A DNA stretch of 57,046 bases from Atractiella rhizophila (taxonomy: Eukaryota): NCBI GenBank assembly GCA_021432655.1, contig MU271243.1:68780-125825 (forward strand), written 5' to 3'. The first letter of the stretch is position 1. The number at the start of each line of letters is the position of its first letter. Positions 46,836 through 57,046 of the stretch are shown here, piece by piece. A program made the translations under genes and the position numbers. The notes under the pieces were generated by a model. It made no database searches and was not told the origin of the DNA. It saw only the letters and a program-made list of their open reading frames with translations.

Positions 46836-49578
46836 ATGACAGACGTACAATCCGTCTACGATACGCCTCATGTACCCGCAGCTTCCGAGGCCTCTGCGGC
46901 TACAGAGCCTGTGGAAGAGAGCCCCAAGAAAGTGTACGGCGCCACCCCTAAGTTGGCAACGCCGACCGCCGAATTAGACGACATAATTGACAAAGAATCA
47001 CCTCCAGTAAGGGTGGAAGGGCTCAAGCCTAAAGTGACGAAACGATTCGACTTTTCCGAGAAGGTGAAGAAATACGTGCCGCACGAATGGGAGAACGAGA
47101 AGGCGTTGATAAATTTCTTCCAGAGGCTATATGCGGCAAGTGGCTTCCTTATTTCTATGTGAATTCGTTGACAAAATGCGTGCAGGAGCTTCCGGAAGAT
47201 GATGGAGGCCCTGTGGCTATGAGGTACCTCGTTCTCGATAAGGAAGTACAAGGTGAAAACATGACTGATCGCACTCCTGTGAAACTGGATGCCGTTCTCA
47301 CACCGAAATTTTTGGACCCACTTACCAAGGATACCTTTACCTACGCCGAACTGGGAGCTTCGTTAGAGCTGAAAAATAAACTGAAAAGCGATGAAAGAAA
47401 GGCGCGCCGGACATTAGCCCGAGGAGGAATGGCTGGTCTGTCTGCTCGACCTCGCAATTTTACTTGGGGGATATCCATCGGCAATCACATGTCGCAGAAT
47501 GCGTTGACGAAGTCTTTTTCTTGGGTCTTTTGCACGCGTGCCGGACGATTCGAATCCGAACCGTACGACTTGGAACCGAACTTTGAAGACTTAGTTCAGA
47601 CTCTTGCATCTTTTGCTACGGCCGACGAGTCTCAACTTGGTTTTCTTGACGCTTTTGACCATCCTCCTAAGGCAAGATTTTCATGGGAGCAACCTGATGT
47701 GCCCAACCTGCCCAGTATCAGTCTACCGTCAAACCCCACAGGCACTCGGTCTTCTTCTCGTTTACGCGCCATTGCTGTCTCCGTCAGCTCGGCTTCTGCA
47801 GTATCTTCGCCCGCTGTAACGCACGGTTTTAAGCTTGATGAGATTGGAAAACTTAGGCATTGGAAGAAGGTGGGAAGTGATTTTATTCCCAATGTGGTAC
47901 ACAAAAAACTTTTTGCTGCCAACAAGATTGCGGGAAAAGGAACCCAAGTGTGGCTCGCTAAATTGCTAGGGGAAGCTGACGGTCATTTGGGAACCGTGAA
48001 CTTCCTCTGGCTACCCGATCCGTTCCTGGAGCGTATGAAGGCACACATCCAACTATTTGACTGTTGGCGCCAAGAAAGTTTGACCAGACAAAAGGAACAT
48101 CCTATCGAGAATTGGGATTGGCTGGATGACGCGCCGTTTTCTATTTTCTATCGCGACGATTATTCCGTTGCTCAGCTAGCTAGCGAGTACGCAACCTGGA
48201 CGGCATCACCCAGCCCTTTTGTCACGCAAGATCGTAAACCTGTCCTAGTTTTTCACAAGACGACGGGTCAACCACTTCGGGCAGGTCCTACGGCTCGTGT
48301 CGTTTTAAAATCACTGATTTCGGTTGTGCAACGTTAGTACTTAGTGTTGTTCTATTGGAAACTAAATTTGGTCACAGAGATTGCGACGATGTCATTAAAA
48401 TCCTTTGTCCATCGGGATATCTCGTATGACAACATGTATTCTCGCAACGATCAGAGCCAGCCTAGCGGTTTTGCTAAAGATTACGAACAAGCAAAAGTCC
48501 GAGGGAAAACCTATGCATTTGGCAATAAAAGTGCGGGAGAATTAACAGTGCGTTCTTTGCTCTCGTTATCTCTTTACTCATTGGTTGGTAGGGCACATTT
48601 CCATTCCTTTCGCGTTGCGTTCTCACAGCGTACCTTGTGAAACATGCCACGCACCCGCCCCCTGATCCAAAAAATATATATCAGAACTATGCTCAGAAGA
48701 CGTTGGACGATTTGGAATCAGTTTTTTACTGTGGCGTCTATTTCTTCTGCCATTTTGTCCCGAAGGATAAGAATAATCCCTTGGGAGAACTACGAACTCG
48801 TTTATGGCCAGGCTCGGTCCCCTCGCTTGCAATGAGCTCCACGTCCAAATCGAACTTAATTACACCAGCATCAGAAGTGTCAGGACAGCTAACATCAGGG
48901 ACCAGCGGCTCATCAGCGTCGAGGAAGCGTCATGCCCGCGATTCCAAGCAGCGACAAGAAACCATTTTTGACTTACCGGTTTTGCAATATGAAACACCCT
49001 ACCCTCTTGCCCAATGGTTCTCAGCGGGGCCGGCGAGCTTGGACAAGTTAGCGCTCTTGGGAAGAACCAAATTTTTGCCCGGAGAAGAAAGCGATTTCGA
49101 GACGCTGAAAAGGGAGATGACCGATTGCCAACATCGAGAAGAGGAATTAAAGAAGGAGTGTGATATATTGACTAAGGCAGGGAAGTATCGCGAGTTAGCG
49201 GAGCAACAACGTGAGCTCGTGCAACTTCTGGAGAGAAAAGCGACTCTGGAAGGGATGCAGGCAGGGATGCAGGCGAGGATGCAGGCGGTGATGCAGGCGA
49301 GGCTGGAAGCGAAAAGAACCTTCAGAAACACGATCGGTCAACGTCTCGGCAAAGATCACAATTGGACGTGGGACAGCGACACTATCGATGATATCCTATG
49401 GAAGCTTTCGGAACCCATCAGTTTTCCTGCGAATGAAATGGATGATGGATGGGACTCTGTTCTGAGTGGAGAAGATCATGCCAGGCAGGTCATGGACATC
49501 GCCTCAGAGATGGTAGCAGCATTGGAAGCTGGTTTAGATTCTTTGGATGAACTGTGCAAAGCCTCACAGGGGAGTTGA
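46836..49578 (+). CDS. Fungal-type protein kinase (FunK1/Pkinase_fungal); probable frameshift near 47100, possibly a pseudogene
   Basis: IAGKGTQVW, FVHRDISYDN, KDYE, ELT/GTFPFLS and DDLESVFYC motifs joined by introns at ~48332-48377 and ~48548-48590. Confidence 0.78.
49252..49303 (+). repeat. 12-bp coding tandem repeat (GMQA/RMQA/VMQA)
   Basis: Four ggatgcaggc-type units in the kinase C-terminal coiled region. Confidence 0.75.
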
Positions 49579-49643
49579 GCGCAATTAACGACTGATGTTG
49601 TGGATTGACTGATGAAATGACACCAAAGTTCTGTGTTCTACTA

Positions 49644-51899
49644 CTGTGTTGACACCAGAGATCCTTAACACCACATATTAATGTCCCTCAAAATTCGCTC
49701 CAGCCCTTAGATATCTGGATTCAAGATCTTCACACCTGTGTGCAGCAGATTTTGTCTCCAAACAGTGAGACCATTGCTTGTAATCTCTCAGAGATATCAC
49801 TGAAAATATAGTGTTTCATAAAATCTGTGTTTTTCAAGTATCTATATGCAATTACTGGATTTTTTTCGCAATCTCAAGAATTAGGGCAAGTCTTTCATAT
49901 TCCAAACATCCTTAATGATCTTGACTGCAAGTTGCTGAAAGACAGCCTGTTGAAGGCAATTCAACTTGCGCAGGTGAAGTGCGCAAAATGCACAAATTGG
50001 AGTTATTTGTCTCCCTCCCCACACAACCCACAAATTGCAACCTCTTGACATTGGTGTGTTTGGGCCGATTAGAAAAGCTTGGAGCGACATGACGGACGAT
50101 ATGTTGCAGGATGATCATGAAGTCTCCAAGAGAAATCTTATCAAGAGGTACTTACGGTGTCATGATGGGCTTCAACAATTGTCAGTGCTTGTGCAGCTAC
50201 CAGACTCTTAGTCCATGACCACTCTGGAAGGGAATTTTGTGAGTTGAAATCACTTTACGGAAGCCAATTCTGCTCCTGCCTGCCAAACCTCGTCTAGAAA
50301 GTTGCCAGATTGTATACCTCTGGACCCTCAAACTTGATCTTTCCAGCTCATCCAGCTCTTCTGATAATGATGATGACTCTAATCACCCATCCAATCCAGA
50401 GGAACCTCCCGCTCTATCTCATTGACCCAACAACCTGCCTCCCTTACACACAAGCACCGACTCCTGTTACACTTCTGGACTGCCCCCACATCGATCTGAA
50501 CCTCAAGCCAGCATTCCAGCATCCAACCTGCCACAACCTCCACCAATCAATCCCCAAGCTCAGAGCTCTCTAACAGTAACCCTGCACAGTCCCATCAATC
50601 TGGCTCACTTCTACCCAAAAAACCTCATACGGTCTTCTGTGGTCAACACGGTAAGATCATCCAGCTACCTGTCAAAGGGCGACTCCAGGCTGCTCTATGG
50701 AGCCTTGTCAGCATTGGATAATGCAGATGCGTGGACTCAGTTTGAAGAAGGGAGGTTGAGGATATCAGTTGTGATGATGGGCCAGGAGATTGGGCAGTTG
50801 TGTCACATGGTTGCTTTGAAGACAAAATCTGCCAAGAAGACTGAATTGACTACCACAGCTCGATTGTTGAGTAGCTCAGATGCCTGGGAGATAATGTTAG
50901 AGGCTGAAAAAGCAGCGAAGGAGAAGGCAAAGGAAGGAGAGAGGAAGAAGCTGAGACAGCTAGGAAGAAAGCGCAGACAGCGCAGAAGAAAGCAGAGAAG
51001 GAACGAGGAGACGTGGAGAAAGCTAATGCAAGGGAAGCAAAGAGGAAAGAGAAGGAAGAAGCAGAAGCAGAAATCTGTTGTGTTCTTCTCAATCCTTTGA
51101 AACTCATCCTAACTGAGATTTGTAGCACCACATGCCGGTCCATCAGACCATCCAGCTGCCACCAGGTGCTTCAGCAAAACGAATTCCACCACTGGACAAC
51201 TTTGGACTGCCCCTCCCACCACCAAAAACACCATTCTTTCACACACAGGGTCCTGAACCGATGCAGCAAAGGTACTCACCACATCAGAGCCTTCAACATC
51301 AAATACTGTTCATTCTACCCAGCAGCACCACTATAACTTTAATCTCCTCCACACAGCACCTCCTCCATTGCCAAATTTCACACGATACTTCTCTGAGAGC
51401 TTAGGATGCATGACGGATTTGATGGCGATGGGACTTCCGGAAGCTGGTTAAGCTGAATCTAATTTGAGAGTTATTTCGTATTATTACGATAATAGAGTAC
51501 TTGCATCATCAATACATAACTACTAAAGCATAATAGATGGCCTCTCATGCCTGGAATGTTGGGGATTGCTTACGGAAGTCAGCTGAGAGTTGAACATGCC
51601 GGACCGATTGTTGCCTAAATAGGAAAGTGCGCAACCCATCATGATCTGTCATCATGACTGTCTGAGAGGGCTCAAGTTGCACTTTTTTCAAGAATGAGTA
51701 CTCCTCAGTCGGAGCACTATATCTGAGCAAAAGAACGTGATTCTCTTCTGAAATTCAGTGTGTTGATAAATAAGAAGTGTAGTGAGGTTTCCCAGGCTAT
51801 CCGAGATAAATACATTTACTATTGGATGCACAGAGATGTACTGTTAAGGATCTATGGTATTTTTTGAGTATAGGTGTTAAGGTTCTGGTGTCAACACAG
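49644..51899 (+). mobile_element. pogo/Fot1-like Tc1-mariner DNA transposon, degenerate
   Basis: TIRs ctgtgttgacaccaga (16 bp exact, ~29 bp imperfect) with TA on both flanks. DDE_1 motif LPPHTTHKLQPLDIGVFGPIRKAW at ~50010-50085. Confidence 0.9.
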
Positions 51900-51989
51900 T
51901 ATATCGTGGATGCCTTACTTGCAATGAATACCATACTCAAGAAGAAAATGAATCCCAAGAGTCAGGCTCATGTCTATACCATTCCACTT

Positions 51990-52215
51990 TGTTTGATTGA
52001 TGCCACAGTTAGTAGGACAGTGATTGAGTTTGATGGTCCCAGGTTTTCAGTCAATTGATGGACTGTGTTCAAAAAGCCAGTCATGTCCTAGGATTTCATC
52101 CACAGGTCTGAGCTCACAGATTGCAATCCAGTGGTTTGAATAAAGATGCGTGACTTCTTGTGGATGGGTTGAATGAATTCATTTTATCACATCTATTAAC
52201 CCATTTCAACCAACT
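51990..52215 (-). pseudogene. gypsy aspartic protease fragment
   Basis: The minus strand reads DEILGHDWLFEHSPSID*, like ILGHDWLRHHNPEIN at ~37300. Confidence 0.65.
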
Positions 52216-52346
52216 GGATGACGCTAGACATTTGGTTTCCAGCTGCTGACAATAGTCACAATTAAGATTCCTAGCTCAGATCTTCCATTCTTCAAGAGTG
52301 CTGGGTTTATGCTCTGAAATAGTAATACTTTGTGAAAGTGGGAGTA

Positions 52347-52599
52347 TTGCGATAATTTTGACGCAGTGCTACTCCCTGAGCATTTTTCAACGCAGGTCAT
52401 ATTACCATTAACACAACTGGGAGCACAGTTGCGCTCACATGGCAAATGTCAGAGTTGAGCATACTGAAACACGTGAAAAGATGCCTGAACAGGAAGAACA
52501 AGTAATGAAGGCCCTGAGAGAGATCCTGGACAAACCAGTTGATTCAATTTGCCAACAAGAATGGCAGGAAGTCGATGATGCTGTCTATTTTTGTGGAAA
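52347..52599 (+). pseudogene. gypsy RNase H-integrase linker fragment
   Basis: Aligns by eye to ~38917-39171 (PEQEEQVMKALREILD..EWQEVDDAVYF). Confidence 0.85.
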
Positions 52600-54339
52600 A
52601 TTTTCTCCTTGGGCTCGGAGATATTGCTCCTTGTTCATAGTCGTTCTACATTCTCTTTCCCGATGTCCTATCTTTTGGCATCGTCTGCAACGGGGAGGTC
52701 TAGATTTTGTCGCATCGACTTCCATGTCATCGGGGTCCTTGGCTCTATGTGCTTGTGTAGCGGTGTTTGGTGACAGATCGGCGACCGTTGACAAAGCGGC
52801 GCTCGGTCGATACGATACGGGTGTTCTGCTCTCTCTGTGCTTTGATGATCTTGAGCCGTCTCTCTTGGCAGAAAACGTATTTTGGGATCCATCTTTCGCC
52901 GATAGGATGTTTTGAAAGAAGGTTGAATGAGCAGATTCTTCAGCGTCAATTCGTCGAGATTTTTCTTTCCAGTCTTCCAGCGATTTTGGGAACTCTCCTT
53001 GGGTTACCTTGAGATGTAGGGCAGGATTGAGTCCTCTTTTGAAGAAAAAAATGAGGGCTTCATCATCAAAGTCAGCTTGATTTGCCAATTCTTCAAACTT
53101 GATGATGTAGGTTTCTAGGTTACCCTTTTGCTGGAGGGAAGATTATTTTTGTCTGTGCAATGAGCTTGTGGTCTGTCTTGCAGAAACGCGCTCTGAACTC
53201 CGATAAAAATTGTTCCCACGAAATTCGTTCTTCGTTTTCGACAAGTTGGCGCAAAATCCCAGCGACGAATTTTTCCGCATCTCCTTCTTTCATGTAAGAA
53301 AGGGTAAATAGGATTTTCGATTTTTTCGGTCGGGAATTGGCCTGGAGCGGTAGAGGTGTAGACGTAAATTTCGCGTAAAAATGTCGGAGCTGTGTTCGGC
53401 GCTCCTTTGAAGATTGAAGGTGGAGCGAGCTTGATACCTGCATATGGTGCTACTTGGGCAGTCTGGGATATAGATGGAGGAGAGTAAGTTTGAGGTATTG
53501 GGTCTGTTCGCGATAAGAAAGGAGAAGTGGTTCCACTGTCTCTAGGAGGGGGCAGTCTGGAGTCTAATAATTGCAAAATTCGGTCGTTGGTATTTTGGAC
53601 GTCGGACCTCAGTTGCGCAATTTCGTTCGCATTCTGGGAGGTTTGCGCATTTTGTTGGTTGAAGCTTGTTATGAGGTCTTGTTCGAGTTTTTTGAATTGC
53701 TTTTCAGTTGTGAGGTGTAGAGTTTGGAACATCCTTTCTAAGTGCTGGATGCGTTCTTCGCTCGTCGGCGGTTCGCATGTTTCCATATCTCCCCAAACCT
53801 CCGACATTTTTTAAGTTTGGTTTCAAAAATAAGGAGAGAGTATTCTTCTGTTAGGGCTTCCACTATGTGCGGTCGCCGATGGGCGATGTGTCTGTAGTGG
53901 AGGTAAACCTAAGAGGATAGTATAGCATGAGAAGACTAACCTGTAGTGGAGGTAAACCTAAGAGAATACTCTGAGGTCACCACCACTACATCTCAATGTA
54001 TATATACATATGCAAAGGCACTGCCATAAACTGTAACATACATTTCTTGAAACATGTAAGATAGCTAGATCAGGAAAGCAATAAAGGGAATACTCGGAAA
54101 TAAGACATACTGAGCAGTACAAGTGAGAAAGGACAATAAAAGCAATAATGGAGACCGTGCGGACCGGCGAAATGTTTAAGGTTTGCTGAGCGGCGATTCA
54201 TGTGAGATGGGGGAAGGCGGCGGTCAGCGCGAACGTGCGCAAAGCGGCGACGTGTAGGCACGTGTTCCTACGACGTAGTAAAGTAGGTCACGTGACATCA
54301 AATGGTGCATTTCGGTAATGCGTAGGGGCAAGCCTGACA
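52600..54339 (-). mobile_element. 3'-truncated gypsy copy: LTR (53849-54339) and gag
   Basis: LTR homologous to 34958-35445. gag ORFs 53115-53807 and 52585-53088 are nearly identical to 35489-36690. Confidence 0.92.
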
Positions 54340-56757
54340 CCTCCATGGAGGATCAAAGATTGGTGGAAATGATGATGACAAAAGCATGGCTGGTGGAAGG
54401 TGTGAAGGTGCCAGAGGTCTGGTGAATTCCGATACAGATACCTTTGTTTATTTTCAATTATTTCTACCCTTTTTAATTGTTCACACAACTATACAGTTTC
54501 ATCATTGCTTTATTGCAATGTTAAGTGTAACGGACTGTCAGTTCTTTTAGCCCACAGTAATTTATCTTCTTGTTCTAAAGCAGTTCTTTACACATTGCAT
54601 TTTGACTGTCTTGAATATCCGTTCAATCACGTAAAAATACTACGGAAACACCGTAAACTGTATTTGCCGGGAGCCTACCCAGATGATGCCATGGTCGCAA
54701 GGCGCGCAATGCGCAACACTTTCCTACTTTCCTGATGACCAGTGGAACTCTTCAACAGTTGCCAACGATGTTCTGGACGATGATTGAGAGCCTTCAATGG
54801 GTACGAGAGGCTTGGGGGAGTCCTACATAGGTGAGTTCTCCATTTCTTAGATTTTCTTGGTATCTTTTTCTGAGCTGATCATGAATGCAGAAACGACAAC
54901 TTTGACCTATTCCCACCCTCAATAAACGCCCCAGTGCTCTCCAGTTCCCCTCGTAGACTCAGTCCAACCTTTCCAGCACCACATGACTTCATTCCACCCA
55001 AAATTAGCGAAGCGGCACCTCCCCACCGTCATCACCGCCAAAATCAGGTCAGTCCCGCTCCTCTCGCCTCATTTTCACGCTGAAGATGCTTGTAGCATCA
55101 TTTCCAGATCTAGTACGACCCTCCCAAATGATGCCTCATGCAGAAATCCCCATTCCGAACGCTCCCAACCTGCTGGGCTTTCTGACCCCAATCACGAATC
55201 GAGGCGTTGTGCTCGGCATTGGGAGTACTTAGGTGGTGCATATGAGTACTTGCAGTGTTTATGGGCTTACAGAAGACAGTTCGTCCACTTTTTCAGTCAT
55301 TTAGGCATGGGTTGAGTGAAAAAAGGCGTGTGCCTCTCGTCCCCTTTCCTTCATCTTTCCAGCATTCGTGGCAACTCCCTACTCGATTTATCACCGCCGA
55401 AATCTAACAGAACGGTTGCATCATGCTAGGCATATATGTACTGCACGATGTGGTATGGTCAGATTGTCAGGTATGTGCATTGTTTCTCCATGTCCCGCTC
55501 CGTCCCCGTCCCCCCCTCTTGTACTAACCACCGTCGGAACAGGTTCCCTTCATTTCTCAGGACATTGTCCTCTCCCCCCATGACCAACATTTGCAATGTA
55601 GCCGGCTCTCCTCCCTTCGAGTGTGGATAAGCGGACTTTCTCAGCCGTACAACAGTTTTGGTGCGCTCTGTGAATTGCCTGTTCATGTTCCATTGTAGTT
55701 TCAAGTTGATCGCTTTCTATATGTCATTTATCTGTGTACACTTTATGATGAGTTGCTCCCTCCAATTGAGTCCTCCAAGTCCAGTTACAACTCCTGCCTT
55801 GCCACTGTTCTGCAAGCGAGTTTCGTCACACATCGAAAAGCGTGAGGGGCAGTCAGAGGTCAAAGATAGGGTGACAGTTGAGCGAAAGAGGGTGAGTGTC
55901 GTCGCGGATTCGAGGTGGAAAGCACCGCTAAGCTAAGTTACGCTGTTCCCAACGCAGATTTAATGAAGAACAAACTGCTAGATATACAGCTACACCTGAT
56001 GCTATTCTACTTCATCCAAGTGGCGCTCATTTCTTTTGGCTGAACCGAAAGTCCATTTGTCGTCGCCGTTTCAAGCGATTTCGATGAGAATTAAACCTTT
56101 TACACCAAATTCAGCGCTTTCAATGTATAAGCGTAAGCGCGTACCTTTTCATGACCTGATATCCATTCCACTGCCGTTCCTCCGTTTTCCAGCAGTATTT
56201 TGTTGTTCCAACAAAAAAAAGCTCCTTTCCCCCAATTCAAAACGAAATTACGTGTTTCTCTGCGTGCATATGACAACACACTTTAATACACCTATCCCAG
56301 CTGACGACGACATCTTAGAACTTCTCCCTCGTACAAATATCGTCGTTGTTGGCGTCGAAGGAAGGTTCCATCATGAGATTGATTTTGCGCGGTTATCACG
56401 CGTTCCGTTGTCGGAGGAAGCATTGAAAGCTGTTTATGTTGTGATTGAAGGCAGCGAGGAGGAGACGGAGTGGGAAGGAGGATGAGTGTGAGGAATGTCG
56501 AGGCTTGCATAGCCACATCATGGGAACCTTAAAATGATGCCATGGGGGTACTCCACTTGGGAATATCACGAAAGTGAAGCGTGAGCCCAACTCTCGGGAT
56601 TCATTTTCAACTTGAGCCTGGGTATTAATTTCAAGTTTTGCAGCGGGAGGCACAGAAGCACGTCACTGCACTGCAAAAGGCATTCACCACACAGCAGAAC
56701 ATATAGCTTTAGTGCTCATTTCATCAGTCAATCCACGAAGTCAGTCGCCAGCCGCGC

Positions 56758-57046
56758 TCAACTCCCCTGTGAGGCTTTGCACAGTTCATCCAAAGAATCT
56801 AGACCCGCTTCCAACGCTGCTACCATCTCTGAGGCGATGTCCATGACCTGCCTGACATGATCTTCTCCACTCAGGACGGAGTCCCATCCATCATCCACTT
56901 TACTCGCAGGAAAACTGATGGGTTCCGAAAGCTTCCATAGGATATCATCGACAGTGTCGCTGTCCCACGTCCAATTTTGATCTTTGCCGAGACGTTGACC
57001 GATCGTGTTTCTGAAGGTTCTTTTCGCTTCCAGCCTCGCCTGCATC
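56758..57046 (-). CDS. C-terminus of a second FunK1-type kinase copy (continues beyond the window)
   Basis: MQARLEAKRTFRNTIGQRLGKD..LDELCKASQGS* is nearly identical to the end of ORF 48637-49578. Confidence 0.85.
   Translation of the reverse strand, partial: MQARLEAKRTFRNTIGQRLGKDQNWTWDSDTVDDILWKLSEPISFPASKVDDGWDSVLSGEDHVRQVMDIASEMVAALEAGLDSLDELCKASQGS

Overview
Eukaryotic DNA with short spliceosomal introns, most likely from a basidiomycete fungus. A compact ~20.5 kb island (9.6-30.1 kb) holds eight genes arranged as four head-to-head pairs: AFG1-like ATPase/hypothetical protein, prefoldin-2/complex I TYKY subunit, RAD52/RAD54, and NUP98-96/NEO1-type P4-ATPase. Degenerate transposon DNA lies on both sides. 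Left (1-9.4 kb): nested and duplicated Ty1/copia remnants plus a gypsy solo LTR. Right (30.2-57 kb): a broken DIRS/Ngaro-like retroelement, a chromodomain Ty3/gypsy family, a CACTA-type transposase fragment, a pogo-like TIR element, and two inverted copies of a fungal FunK1-type kinase. The most notable observations concern the gypsy element. It has no tRNA primer site but a Tf1-like self-priming complementarity, a -1 frameshift signal, and an antisense, intron-containing, Cys-motif cargo gene. Also notable are a hairpin minisatellite inside a putative intron of the DIRS-like gag, and a divergent RAD52-RAD54 pair separated by a segment that appears to fold into a structured RNA. Exon boundaries were read by eye, and family assignments come from recognised motifs, not database searches.
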